In this document: one piece after another, positions 37,051 to 47,300 of the stretch
Numbering within the stretch: the first letter of the stretch is position 1
Layout of the letters: each line of letters begins with the position of its first letter
Source of the DNA: an uncultured Gammaproteobacteria bacterium
GTDB lineage: Bacteria > Patescibacteriota > Microgenomatia > Levybacterales > UBA12049
Length of the DNA: 64,000 nt
Reading direction: 5' to 3'
NCBI GenBank assembly: GCA_964512695.1
Contig: CAZEJU010000006.1
Coordinates: 2,591 to 66,590, forward strand
Notes under the pieces: generated by a model
What the model saw: the letters and a program-made list of their open reading frames with translations, nothing else
What the model was told of the DNA's origin: nothing
The model's database searches: none
Position numbers and translations under genes: made by a program

Positions 37051-37659
37051 TTATTTTCGATTCCAGCGAAGAAGAAAACCAGCAATGAATGAAACAGTTC
37101 CGATAACTATTAAGCTATATAAGAAACTAATATTACCCGTATTAGCTAAGCTTAGAACTGATTGAAGAGGATTTGTAGAACCAACATTATTTGATGAGCT
37201 GTTGGAACTAGAATTATTCTGACTTGGTGTAGGAGTTACTGTTGATTTACATGAGTAATCACGGTTTTTAGCAACATAAGGTCGAGGATCAAGACCCCAA
37301 GCACTACCATCAGCTATATAAATCCATCCTTCATTTTTTAAAACTTTAATCTCTTCTTCTGTATAATTGGAAGCTTTAAGCCAATTTGTCTGAACTCCAT
37401 TTCCGTTTTCTGGACAGAAACATTGCATTACTTGATCATTACCAGATAACTGATAGACTGTATCACTTCCACGTTTTTCTTCGTATTGGCCAGGAACACC
37501 ATGTGTACCAGTTGCATAATGAGATTTTACTGTTCCTTGCGGATTGACACAGGAAGGAAATGTAGGAGTTGAAGTCGCTTCAGCCGCAGGCGTAGCTGTC
37601 GCAAAGAAAACAACATGTAAAACAAAAGCAATGAGAATAGTAGCGTACTTTGGACTCAT
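37051..37659 (-). CDS. Sortase-substrate surface protein with a non-canonical LANTG sorting signal
   Basis: Signal peptide. C-terminal LANTG + hydrophobic helix ISFLYSLIVIGTVSFIAGFLL + basic tail RWNRK. Immediately upstream of the sortase on the same strand. Confidence 0.5.
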   Translation of the reverse strand: MSPKYATILIAFVLHVVFFATATPAAEATSTPTFPSCVNPQGTVKSHYATGTHGVPGQYEEKRGSDTVYQLSGNDQVMQCFCPENGNGVQTNWLKASNYTEEEIKVLKNEGWIYIADGSAWGLDPRPYVAKNRDYSCKSTVTPTPSQNNSSSNSSSNNVGSTNPLQSVLSLANTGNISFLYSLIVIGTVSFIAGFLLRWNRK

Positions 37660-37713
37660 AATATATATTTATAGGATTATAACTTATATCCTATAAAAAT
37701 GCAAGAGGTAACA

Positions 37714-38994
37714 TTATAAGTTGAAAGGGGAGGTAAAGAGTCTAATCAGCCTGGCAAACAATGATCTATTTTTGTTTTCAGGGTTAGTACCATCATTTTC
37801 TAACGTTATTGTTTGCAATTTTTGAGTATTGTCAATTACAACAGTTTTTTTATTATAACCTGGTGCTTTAACCTCTATAGTTTGTGAAGAGAGAAGGTAG
37901 GGGATTTGAAATGTACCGTTCTTGGCTGGATTATAGGTTTTTTTATTCACTGTAATAACAGCATCTGTAATTGGGAAATTTTCATTATCCACTATTTTTC
38001 CTTTTATTATCTGATGAGAGTAAAAGTTTTTAAGAACTTCTGCACCTTTACGAGGAACCCCATTTGCTGCCCATAGAGCTGTACTACCTCCGACATTCAC
38101 CCAATAATTTATACCAATTACTTCCGTTGTCGTTGAAAGCTTAGCAAATGTTTCTGCTAGCCAGATTGCTTGTTGTTCTTCGGTCATGTTTCCATGAATA
38201 TCTGGTATAGGCGCTCCCATTTCTCCTAATACGACTTTTCCAGCTCCTCGTTTCGCGTATTCTTTAATATCCTCAATTAGTTTGTCTGGTGAACCGACAT
38301 AATGGTCTATAGTAATAACACCATCTAAAGCTTTTACCATAGCTTTATCCATAACTAAACGAGCAACATCTCCATTCATAGAGTAATAATTTGCTATAAC
38401 ATCTTTCTTAATCTGTTTAAATGCTGCTTTTGTAATTTTATATTCGTTAATTAAGAACTGCCTGAACTTATAAACATCGCCATATCTAGGATCTCCTGGA
38501 CCACCGTTTTCACATTCTGGACATGAAGTAAAGATATCCCCATCTTCAAAGAGTTCTGGATTATTTAGAATAAATTGCTCGATTTTTTGTGTATGTTCTG
38601 CTTCTGTGACTTTGCCATACCCAAACCAACCCTCCCAACCAGACAAATTACCTCGAAACCAAACGCTTAAGCCATATTTTCGTGCAGTCGATACCCAACG
38701 TTTCATAAATGGAATAAATTCTTCATCATAAGGTGTCGAAATTGAAACGTGAGACGCTCCTAAATATGCAATCTGGCTTACTTGTTTTTCAATAACAGCA
38801 TCAAATGATGTATCTGAAAGTTTCTCACGAGCTACATCTCTTGAGTATTTCATGGTATCTACTGCACGGACTGGAATAGGATGTACTGCATCAGACATAG
38901 TGGCATATACTTGAACATAAAAAATTATGCTTATTACAGCAAATAAGATAAAGATTACTATTTGTCTTTTCATAAAATATTTCATACGTATCAT
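37714..38994 (-). CDS. Putative membrane-anchored glycoside hydrolase (TIM-barrel, clan GH-A-like); last gene of the polysaccharide operon
   Basis: N-terminal TM. Candidate nucleophile region VVLGEMGAP and upstream FTSCPECENGG (candidate acid/base). The family is not assignable by eye. Confidence 0.3.
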   Translation of the reverse strand: MIRMKYFMKRQIVIFILFAVISIIFYVQVYATMSDAVHPIPVRAVDTMKYSRDVAREKLSDTSFDAVIEKQVSQIAYLGASHVSISTPYDEEFIPFMKRWVSTARKYGLSVWFRGNLSGWEGWFGYGKVTEAEHTQKIEQFILNNPELFEDGDIFTSCPECENGGPGDPRYGDVYKFRQFLINEYKITKAAFKQIKKDVIANYYSMNGDVARLVMDKAMVKALDGVITIDHYVGSPDKLIEDIKEYAKRGAGKVVLGEMGAPIPDIHGNMTEEQQAIWLAETFAKLSTTTEVIGINYWVNVGGSTALWAANGVPRKGAEVLKNFYSHQIIKGKIVDNENFPITDAVITVNKKTYNPAKNGTFQIPYLLSSQTIEVKAPGYNKKTVVIDNTQKLQTITLENDGTNPENKNRSLFARLIRLFTSPFNL

Positions 38995-40610
38995 TATAAT
39001 CTACCGAGGGTTGGTTTTGTGACGAGGTCTTTTACATAAGCATTTTTTAACTGATATATGTCTGCAAATGGATAGGATTCTACCAACTCATATTTTTCTA
39101 AATGACCTGACTGTTTAACAAGTTTAAATGTCATATCATTGTTGTCATTGGTACGCATAATGATCCAACGCGCCCATACATCTGGTCGAGCTATAGCTTT
39201 ATCCCAGTACTTACCAGTTCCTTCATGAATGAATCTAGCCATAGGAAGCCCAGAAGAGAAAATAATAGCATCATGAGAAGCAGCAGATATTAAAACAAAA
39301 CCTTCTTTTTTCTCAGCATTCTCTCGTAACCAACCACTTACCTCTGTAACGTTTTTTCCTGAAGCTCCATATCTGGCATCATCAAGTGTTACTGCATCAT
39401 TACTTATATGAGAGATAATAACGACAAAAGATAAAAGTCCCAGGAGAACAGGTCGAATCGCAGTTGCTCTATGGAAAAGATATCCCACAAATATCGCGAT
39501 TGATGGCATCATTAAGATTCCATACCGAATATTAAACCATGAATTACCTGATAAACCTTGAATGAAAAGTACTGAATGTCCTAAGAATAAGGCAATAACA
39601 TTAAACATAAAAGGAGAAAGCAGTGCTAACGCTGCGTATCGTAAGCGCATAGGAATTTTCTTATCTAACCAGAGAAGACCTCCCCCTATAACACCTAAGA
39701 GCATAAGGAAAGTCCCAGAATTATAATTAACAGCATACGTATAATACTGCAATGACAATACCAAGTTACTTTTTGTTATTAAGTTTCCTGCAGATTCTAA
39801 TTGTTTCTGTTGAGCGCGTGCTGAATAAGGTCCAAATGCGAAATATAAAGGATCTTTAAAGATTAGCAAGTTCCAGACAAACCATAAAAGTATTCCAAAG
39901 CTTGCCATAGTACAGAAAAAGATAGCAACACCTTTTGCAGTTTTAAAGCCGTACTTTCTAAGGACAAATAAGACAACCATGCCAAAACTGAATAAGAAAA
40001 GAAACCACCCATCATAACGGATAAGAGTTGAAAGCATAATCCAAAAAGAAGCCATAATAAGAGAGAGAATTTTTTCATCTTTAAACCACATTAATAGCTC
40101 ATATACACCGATAGTCATAGTAGCCATCAGAAGTAATTCAGTCATAGCTGTAGATTGAAGGTAAAGTACGTTTAAGTTAGTAGCAAAAACTAACATACCC
40201 ACTGTACTTCCTAAAAGCCCTACACCTAATCTCCGTAAAAACAGAAAGATAATAACACTTACTGCTAAATAAGAAGACATAGATTGAATTGCCCCGCTTA
40301 GACCAGAATGCCACATGAAGTTACTCCAGATAGTTGGGACCATAAGTAAATGGGGAAGAGGTAACCATACACTTCCAAGTTGCGCAAATCCAGGTTTTAA
40401 ACCCTCTACAACGCGTCTCCCGATATTAAGATGGGATCGAGCATCGTTATACGCAAGCCCCATGCCATTTAAGTAGAAAACCAGAAAAGACGCAACTGAG
40501 AAAATAGATAGTACCCAAAATAACATAAACAACAGTCTCTTTTCTTCAGCATTAGGATAGTATCGTAATTTTAGAACAGGTAAAAATATGCGTATATTTG
40601 GAAATTTCAT
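38994..40610 (-). CDS. Polytopic membrane protein, GT-C-like putative glycosyltransferase (ArnT/PMT-like)
   Basis: About 13 TM helices. The first extracytoplasmic loop carries an acidic motif, AYNDARSHLNIGRRV. Start and stop overlap the neighbouring genes. Confidence 0.3.
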   Translation of the reverse strand: MKFPNIRIFLPVLKLRYYPNAEEKRLLFMLFWVLSIFSVASFLVFYLNGMGLAYNDARSHLNIGRRVVEGLKPGFAQLGSVWLPLPHLLMVPTIWSNFMWHSGLSGAIQSMSSYLAVSVIIFLFLRRLGVGLLGSTVGMLVFATNLNVLYLQSTAMTELLLMATMTIGVYELLMWFKDEKILSLIMASFWIMLSTLIRYDGWFLFLFSFGMVVLFVLRKYGFKTAKGVAIFFCTMASFGILLWFVWNLLIFKDPLYFAFGPYSARAQQKQLESAGNLITKSNLVLSLQYYTYAVNYNSGTFLMLLGVIGGGLLWLDKKIPMRLRYAALALLSPFMFNVIALFLGHSVLFIQGLSGNSWFNIRYGILMMPSIAIFVGYLFHRATAIRPVLLGLLSFVVIISHISNDAVTLDDARYGASGKNVTEVSGWLRENAEKKEGFVLISAASHDAIIFSSGLPMARFIHEGTGKYWDKAIARPDVWARWIIMRTNDNNDMTFKLVKQSGHLEKYELVESYPFADIYQLKNAYVKDLVTKPTLGRL

Positions 40611-40615
40611 AGTTT

Positions 40616-42142
40616 TTATGTACGTCTCCTTTCATAAAGAACATGGAATGCATACATTGTTATACTCGTCAAAATAATGCACGCAGCTATTAGAAATACG
40701 TAAGAATATGCAGACCAGCTGTTTTTTAAGAAAAGATTATAAATTAGCGAGCTGACCATATTATCGTCTACAAGCTGTAAATTATATTCATATGTATATG
40801 GAATAGGCTTCATAAGACTCATTGCTTCTTGTTTTGGAGGGATTGCAGCAGTTGTTACGACACCGAGAACATTTACAAAAACACTATACACAAAAGAAAC
40901 AAAGAAAAATAATGTAAAAATTACATTTTTATAGAATCTTTGAATAGCAATACTGGTCATAACTGCTAGTATGGCTGCAGACGGAATAAGATATCGTGGC
41001 CCAAATGCCCACCCCCCCCATGGATCACCGAACATCGAATAAAGAATAATATTTACACCCACTAATGATAAGAGTACGTTTATAAAAGTTACGTTTCGTT
41101 TTTTATTATATAAGATGATAAATCCCAGAATTCCAAAAAGTATTACCGGACTATAATATAACCAGGCTCTCTCGTTGCTTAAGAGTAAAACATTCATACC
41201 TTGTACCTGCAGCCGCGATTGGAAAGGAAATAAAGATTTTTTATCTTTCGCTCCACTTGCTATAGTTGAGGTCGAAGTTTGCTTTTTCCCAAATACCTGT
41301 TGGTAATCAGTACGTCCAATTGTTTGCCCAGTCTTTAAAAGAGAACCTGTAGTGGTTTTATTGTACCAAGCAAAAAGCGACATAAAAGGTAATACTCCAA
41401 TAACTATTGTGAGAATGGAAGTTCTACATGTTATGAGGAATGACTGTCTTACTTTTTCCAGTGAAAAGTGTTTTATGACTATGTAGGAAGCAATTGGAAA
41501 TAAAAGTATTATATTAGGAATGTCAACAAGAATAGCGAATCCCAGAATACATCCAAACAAGACATTTTTAACTATAGTTCTTTCTCCGATGGCATTTCGC
41601 AAGGCTAGAAGAATAAGCAATGTGGTTACATGATGTTGCGTGTATGTATTAGCGTAAGTTAATGCATTTGTTGCAAAAAGAAAAATAAGACCTCCAATAT
41701 ATGCTGTATATTTATTTGCTCCCAGTGACCTACTAATTGACGTTATAAGAAACATATTAGCTAAAGCTATCAAGGTTATCGAAAAAAAGGTAAAGAGCTG
41801 CGGCATAGAGAGAAATCTGCCAAAAAAATAAAAAGGAATACCTATAAGCGATACACCCGGTGTGAAAATAGTGTAAAATCTTTTTTTATAATAAACCAAA
41901 TCCGGTGAGGCGAATTTTGCTTGCTGGTTCGTAAAGGATAAAGAATGATTTTCCACTATAGCTTCGGTGAGCGCGTATCGGGAGGTACTGTTAGAAGCTT
42001 CATACGGTCCACCAACGTTCGTCGCTTTTTCTTTCTGGTAGGCAATAGGATTCCCTTTATCACCTTTTACAGTAAGTAAAAGAATAAGCAGTGGAATTAT
42101 AACCATACAGATTTTTGTTAAGAATTGGAATAGTCTTTTCAT
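40616..42142 (-). CDS. Polytopic membrane protein, GT-C-like putative glycosyltransferase
   Basis: About 12 TM helices with an N-terminal loop RYALTEAIVENHSL. Operon context. Confidence 0.3.
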   Translation of the reverse strand: MKRLFQFLTKICMVIIPLLILLLTVKGDKGNPIAYQKEKATNVGGPYEASNSTSRYALTEAIVENHSLSFTNQQAKFASPDLVYYKKRFYTIFTPGVSLIGIPFYFFGRFLSMPQLFTFFSITLIALANMFLITSISRSLGANKYTAYIGGLIFLFATNALTYANTYTQHHVTTLLILLALRNAIGERTIVKNVLFGCILGFAILVDIPNIILLFPIASYIVIKHFSLEKVRQSFLITCRTSILTIVIGVLPFMSLFAWYNKTTTGSLLKTGQTIGRTDYQQVFGKKQTSTSTIASGAKDKKSLFPFQSRLQVQGMNVLLLSNERAWLYYSPVILFGILGFIILYNKKRNVTFINVLLSLVGVNIILYSMFGDPWGGWAFGPRYLIPSAAILAVMTSIAIQRFYKNVIFTLFFFVSFVYSVFVNVLGVVTTAAIPPKQEAMSLMKPIPYTYEYNLQLVDDNMVSSLIYNLFLKNSWSAYSYVFLIAACIILTSITMYAFHVLYERRRT

Positions 42143-42154
42143 ATCTTATAATAA

Positions 42155-44359
42155 TTAACTGTGAACCTTTGTATTATATATGATAGGCCTATAATTTTCA
42201 ACTAAACGTGCAGCGTATACTGGTAAATAGCTACCAAATGTAGCTAAAATAGATCTAGATCTATTATAAATAGTTAAAACTTCTCTTTTAACATCGTCTG
42301 TTAGACCGACTAAATATCTTTCACTGCGGGCATACTGCTCATGTCTTAAAGACACCATTGCAAGAAGCTGAATTGTGTAATAGATTGATAGACGGATAAA
42401 GGCCTCTTTATCACGATTCGTGAGTTTTCTTTCTTTAATAAGCACTTTAATGCCTTCTATACCTATTTTTCCATACCAAAATCTGGCAATATAAGCCAAG
42501 TCGGTATTTTTTTCCGCTAAAACCATAATTTCAGAATCTAGGATACTTATGTTTTTTTTATCGATCAGTATATTTTTTTCATGTAAATCACGATGTGAGA
42601 CAACATACTCTTTTTTTATAAAAAGCGATGAAAAAATTAATTTATAGAATTCAATACTGTTAGTGAATATTGCGTGCGCCAGCGAAGGTTTTTTTATAAA
42701 AGCTAAAAGTGCATATAAAGGAAATGTATATGCCATACTATTTGACTTTCTTACCGCTAATATTTTTTTATCATCATCACTTAATTTCTTGTTTAAAATT
42801 GTAAGTCCTTTTAAACAGGCTGATAAAACTGATATCTGCGTTTTGGTGGGTTGTGTTGTAAGCATCTTACCTTCTCTATACTCCGATAAAAGTGAAAGTT
42901 CATTTGCTGATGTATGAAAGCCGATTACTTTAGGAAAATTGATTGTATACTGCTGAACTCGAATTTTATGTATTTTTTTTAACATTGATAATATTCGCCA
43001 TACGTTATATGTTTGTATGTACTCTAATGTTTTTCCTTGATAGGGTATTTGCCGAATGATAACTTTTTCTTTAGCATCATTCATATATAATCTGGTTCTA
43101 TGCACTAAATTTGATGAGGGAGATTTTAGTTCTTTTAAAAAACTAAATCCACTTACTGGAGAATAGGTAACTTTTTTATGGAGTTTTTTATAAAAGAAGG
43201 ATAACAACTTACCGTTTAGCGAATCAAGTAAGGCAAAATTGTCATTTACATTATCTTTTTTGTTATTTTCAACAATTCCGTGAAAGAATGTTAAGTATTG
43301 TTCTGTAATGCTATCCCAAGAATACCTTTTAGCAACTTTCTTATATGCCGCAATATTTGCTTTTAGTTTTCCTTTCTCTGCGGTTTTTAACAATATTTTT
43401 GCATACTCATTAAAGTTAAAAGGAACAGCTTTTTCTATGCCTGTATTTCTCGTCCACTCAAGGCCTTTTATATTAAAACTTACCACAGGAACTCCGCTTG
43501 CTAACGCTTCGAGTGTAAATAATGAAAAACCTTCATATCGTGATGGTAAAGCTACAACAGCAGCATGTTTAAGAAGCGAACGCTTCTTATTATCATATGC
43601 AGGGCCTACTAAAGAGACTTTCCCTTCTAGACCTAACTGATGGATCATATCTTCTATACGTTTTTTATCTGGTCCATGTCCTGCTATAACTAGCGGATAC
43701 ATAGTCTTACTGGAAATTTTTTTGTACGCATGAAGTAATATATCTATACCTTTCTGGCTTATGTCTAATCTTCCTAAAAATAATATGTACTTTCTCTTTG
43801 CAGGTTGATTTGTAAAATATTCATCGCCTACTCCTTCATGAATTACTGTAGTTTTAGTATGAGAGTTTAGTTCAGTTATTTTTTTAGCAGCAGAGTTTGT
43901 GCTTGCAATAAAATATTTGTAGAGTCGTGACCCATATTTCTCAACTTTATCGAAGGGTAAATGGTAAATATTGGCAAATCTATTTGCTTCAAAAGATGTA
44001 GATTTTCCAACTACTGGAATTCTTGTAAAGAGAGGAGAACATAGTGTCGAGATGGGTGCAGTAAAACACTCGATGATAATGTCAGCCTGAAGTCTTCTGA
44101 CAATAAAGGGCAGCGAAAAGATATACGCAATGTTATTCAATCTGATATTTTTTGTTCCAACTCCTATATGTCTATAATAAATTCCTTTCTCAAACCTATC
44201 TTTATATCCTGGATATCGAGAACTGATAACGGTGACTTTATGTCCTTTCTTTATCATTCGCGATGCCACTTCATATGTAGAACGTGCTTGCCCAGCACCT
44301 AAAAAAGGATTTTTAATATCATCAAAGTCAAGAAAAATTATATGTAATGATTCTTTCAT
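42155..44359 (-). CDS. Bifunctional GT4 glycosyltransferase / APH-ChoK-like kinase fusion protein
   Basis: The N-terminal half is GT4: the C-terminal subdomain has EGFSLFTLEALASGVPVV (EX7E). The C-terminal half has a kinase-like catalytic loop VVSHRDLHEKNILI (HxDxxxxN) and a DSE (DFG-like) motif. Confidence 0.55.
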   Translation of the reverse strand: MKESLHIIFLDFDDIKNPFLGAGQARSTYEVASRMIKKGHKVTVISSRYPGYKDRFEKGIYYRHIGVGTKNIRLNNIAYIFSLPFIVRRLQADIIIECFTAPISTLCSPLFTRIPVVGKSTSFEANRFANIYHLPFDKVEKYGSRLYKYFIASTNSAAKKITELNSHTKTTVIHEGVGDEYFTNQPAKRKYILFLGRLDISQKGIDILLHAYKKISSKTMYPLVIAGHGPDKKRIEDMIHQLGLEGKVSLVGPAYDNKKRSLLKHAAVVALPSRYEGFSLFTLEALASGVPVVSFNIKGLEWTRNTGIEKAVPFNFNEYAKILLKTAEKGKLKANIAAYKKVAKRYSWDSITEQYLTFFHGIVENNKKDNVNDNFALLDSLNGKLLSFFYKKLHKKVTYSPVSGFSFLKELKSPSSNLVHRTRLYMNDAKEKVIIRQIPYQGKTLEYIQTYNVWRILSMLKKIHKIRVQQYTINFPKVIGFHTSANELSLLSEYREGKMLTTQPTKTQISVLSACLKGLTILNKKLSDDDKKILAVRKSNSMAYTFPLYALLAFIKKPSLAHAIFTNSIEFYKLIFSSLFIKKEYVVSHRDLHEKNILIDKKNISILDSEIMVLAEKNTDLAYIARFWYGKIGIEGIKVLIKERKLTNRDKEAFIRLSIYYTIQLLAMVSLRHEQYARSERYLVGLTDDVKREVLTIYNRSRSILATFGSYLPVYAARLVENYRPIIYNTKVHS

Positions 44360-47300
44360 ATATTTATAGTTTCCTCTTGAGCTAGAAATATATCTCCGTA
44401 TCGTGGGAAATCCGCCTGTTTCGGTAGTACACCTTGTATAATCGAATCAAGAGCTTCTGCACTTTTCTCCCATGTAAATCTTTTAGACCAAACAGTAGAC
44501 TTAGTGGACAACTTCTGTAATAGTTTTTTATCTTCTATGGTTACCAGCATTGCAGTACAGAACGCTTCAACGTTTCCACACTCAATAAGAAGACCCGTTT
44601 CCTTATCGACAACTGAATCTTTTAGTCCATTAACGCGCGATGCAATAACCGGCGTTCCGCTAGAATTAGCTTCGATAACTGTTATACCCCATCCTTCAAC
44701 TTGTGAAGGCTGTATCATAACCCAACTTTCCGCTAGTAATTGTGCTTTAAGGTCGTTAGATACTTTTCCGTAAAATATAACATTTCTTTCTATTTTTAGC
44801 TGTTGTGCTAATTGTTGTAAAGAATGAAGACTTTCACCTTCACCAACAATTCTAAGTACCGCAGTTTTATGGGTACGCAGAACTTTCGCAAATGCTTTAA
44901 TTGCAATATCAATATTTTTATGTGGTTTTAAACGACCTAAATAAATGAATGATGGATACCTCGTTTTTTTTCTCGGTTTAAATACTGTTGCATCAATTCC
45001 GTTGTAAACAATTTCAATATTTTCTGGGTGGGAAAAACCCAGATCTATAATAGACTTTTTAGAAGATTCAGAAACTGTTATCACAGGTTTATTTCTATAT
45101 GCATACGGCATAAGTTTCGATTCCATGATTGCTACAAGCTTCGCAACAGGATAGATGAGATATTTCCTAAACACTTCTTGATGAACATGATGAATTATTA
45201 AGAAAATAGGTTTACGAACGTAGAAGGGGGAAAAAAATGGAATGCCGTTCTCACAGTCTATGACAACATCCGTCTTTTTTCTTAAAAAGAAAACATAGTA
45301 TATAACTGCCCAAATATATACAGTATAAGCTCCTCCTCGTCGGATAATACGAACTCCATCAATAATTTCGTTTCTAGGAGACTTCTTATCATTTCCACAA
45401 AATACTGTTACATCTTTTCCTTGAGTCACCCACCTTTTTGCGATTTCATGTATATATACTTCAGCGCCTCCTGACCATTTATGTCTTGTATCTCGCCAGT
45501 TTAAGAATAGAATAGCCTGTTTCTTATCAGTATTATCTTCGGTAACAATCTGATTTTCTTTACTAATAAGTGCTCCTAAAGCTTTTTCAAATGCAATAAC
45601 AGTTTTGTTATTTCTGTGGAGAAATAACATAACAAGTAAATGAAATTGCCCAAGTGCTGCCATCGTATATACAAAATCTAAAAGAGTGGCATGTCTGAAT
45701 GTAATCAGTGTTATTTGTACGAATGATAACAACACCACAGTAGCGGGGAATGTATATATATTTTTAGCCAAATAATAAGAGACAATAGTTTTAGAGATGG
45801 TAAAACAGAACATACCGAAAGAGAATGCAAATACATAGGGTAGTATATAGGATGCTTTTTCGCCAAATAATAGGGGTAACGAAATGCTTCCAAGAATCCC
45901 GAAAGCAATAAATCCAATCCCGCTCACTACGCCAGTACTAATCACTGAGTAATAAAAGAGAAGCTCTGTATTTTTATTTTTTCCTTCTAACTTACTAACA
46001 AATGGAATTACAAATTGAGTTGTTAGACCACCTAAGAAGAAAATCATCTTTCCACATAAAGAAAGTAATGCATATTTTCCTGCTTCTTCCGGGGCTAAGA
46101 AATGATTCGCAAGTAAGATATCAACACTCATGAACGTAACATTGGCAATACTTGCTAATATAGAAGCTGAAAAAAACTTACTTGGAAATGCTAAAGCTTC
46201 GGTGGAAACAGTACTTTTTATAAGTTTTATAAAACGAGGTATAAAAAATGCCGAAGAAACATATGCTAATACGAATGCTAAAGGTATAGCTATATATACA
46301 TAATTCTCATATCCAGAATAAATTAAAATTACACTTAAAATTACTTTATAGAAAGGTTCGATAAGAATTGCGCCAGCTAAGTTAATAAATAGTAACTTAC
46401 CAGATAGATAGCCTCTATCCACTGAAAACCTAAAACCAACGAGCCAAACTAAAGAAAAGAACACAAATGGAAGTATGGACTGTGTTTTAAAAAGCGACTG
46501 TAATGTCGGAGATATTATTAACCAAACTGTTGCACTTACAAGCGAAACTAGAACAACTTGATTTCTCATGAAGCCCCAGAAGGCAGCTGCAGTTTGTTTG
46601 TTATATCGACTTTCAGACAGTGCAGTTTTATGACTTATAGCTGCTTGTAAAGAAGAAAAGGGAACACTTGCAAGATATGCTAAGCTTGCGACAAGACTTA
46701 TAATACTAATTGTCTCTAATGAAATAGTAGGTATTCTATAAATTATAATGTTATAAACTAAATTCATTATATGTGCGCCTGTAACTGCCATCATTAAGAT
46801 TGAGCTTGTAATAATGTTTCTTTTATATGGCGTAAGCATTTTTATTACATTAGAAAGTATGTTAAATTGGAGAGAAAAAGATTTTCTTACAGGCTTAACT
46901 ATTGGTGTCTCGACTTCTATCTGAATAGCAGGAATAATCGCTTTCTTTTTCTTTTGTAGATGCAATCCGTGAATTGTTTTCTCCCAGTAATGAGGTTTAA
47001 AGATAAGCTGGTATAATGCAACCCATCCTGCAATACTTACCATTAACCAATATATAGGTATAAAAAGAGCTGAGTAAATTAAGTCCCACTGTTTTCTCTT
47101 CGCACATCCGATCATGTAGTAATATAAAAAGAGGAAATTACCAAATACGAGAGAGATTGCGCCCAGGTAAAAAGCAGGAGCTATATAAACGAGTTCTAAA
47201 GTTGGTCCGACAATAGAATATAAAGCAAAATAGGAAATAGTAGCAAGCCACAAGAAAGGATTGAGGAAAATAAACGTTAATTTACTTCCGATTGTCAATT

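Noticed and set aside
39863-45917. Internal or antisense ORFs within the EPS operon (39863..40078, 42663..42917, 43308..43640, 44504..44773, 45711..45917)
   Set aside because: They overlap long, motif-supported glycosyltransferase ORFs.
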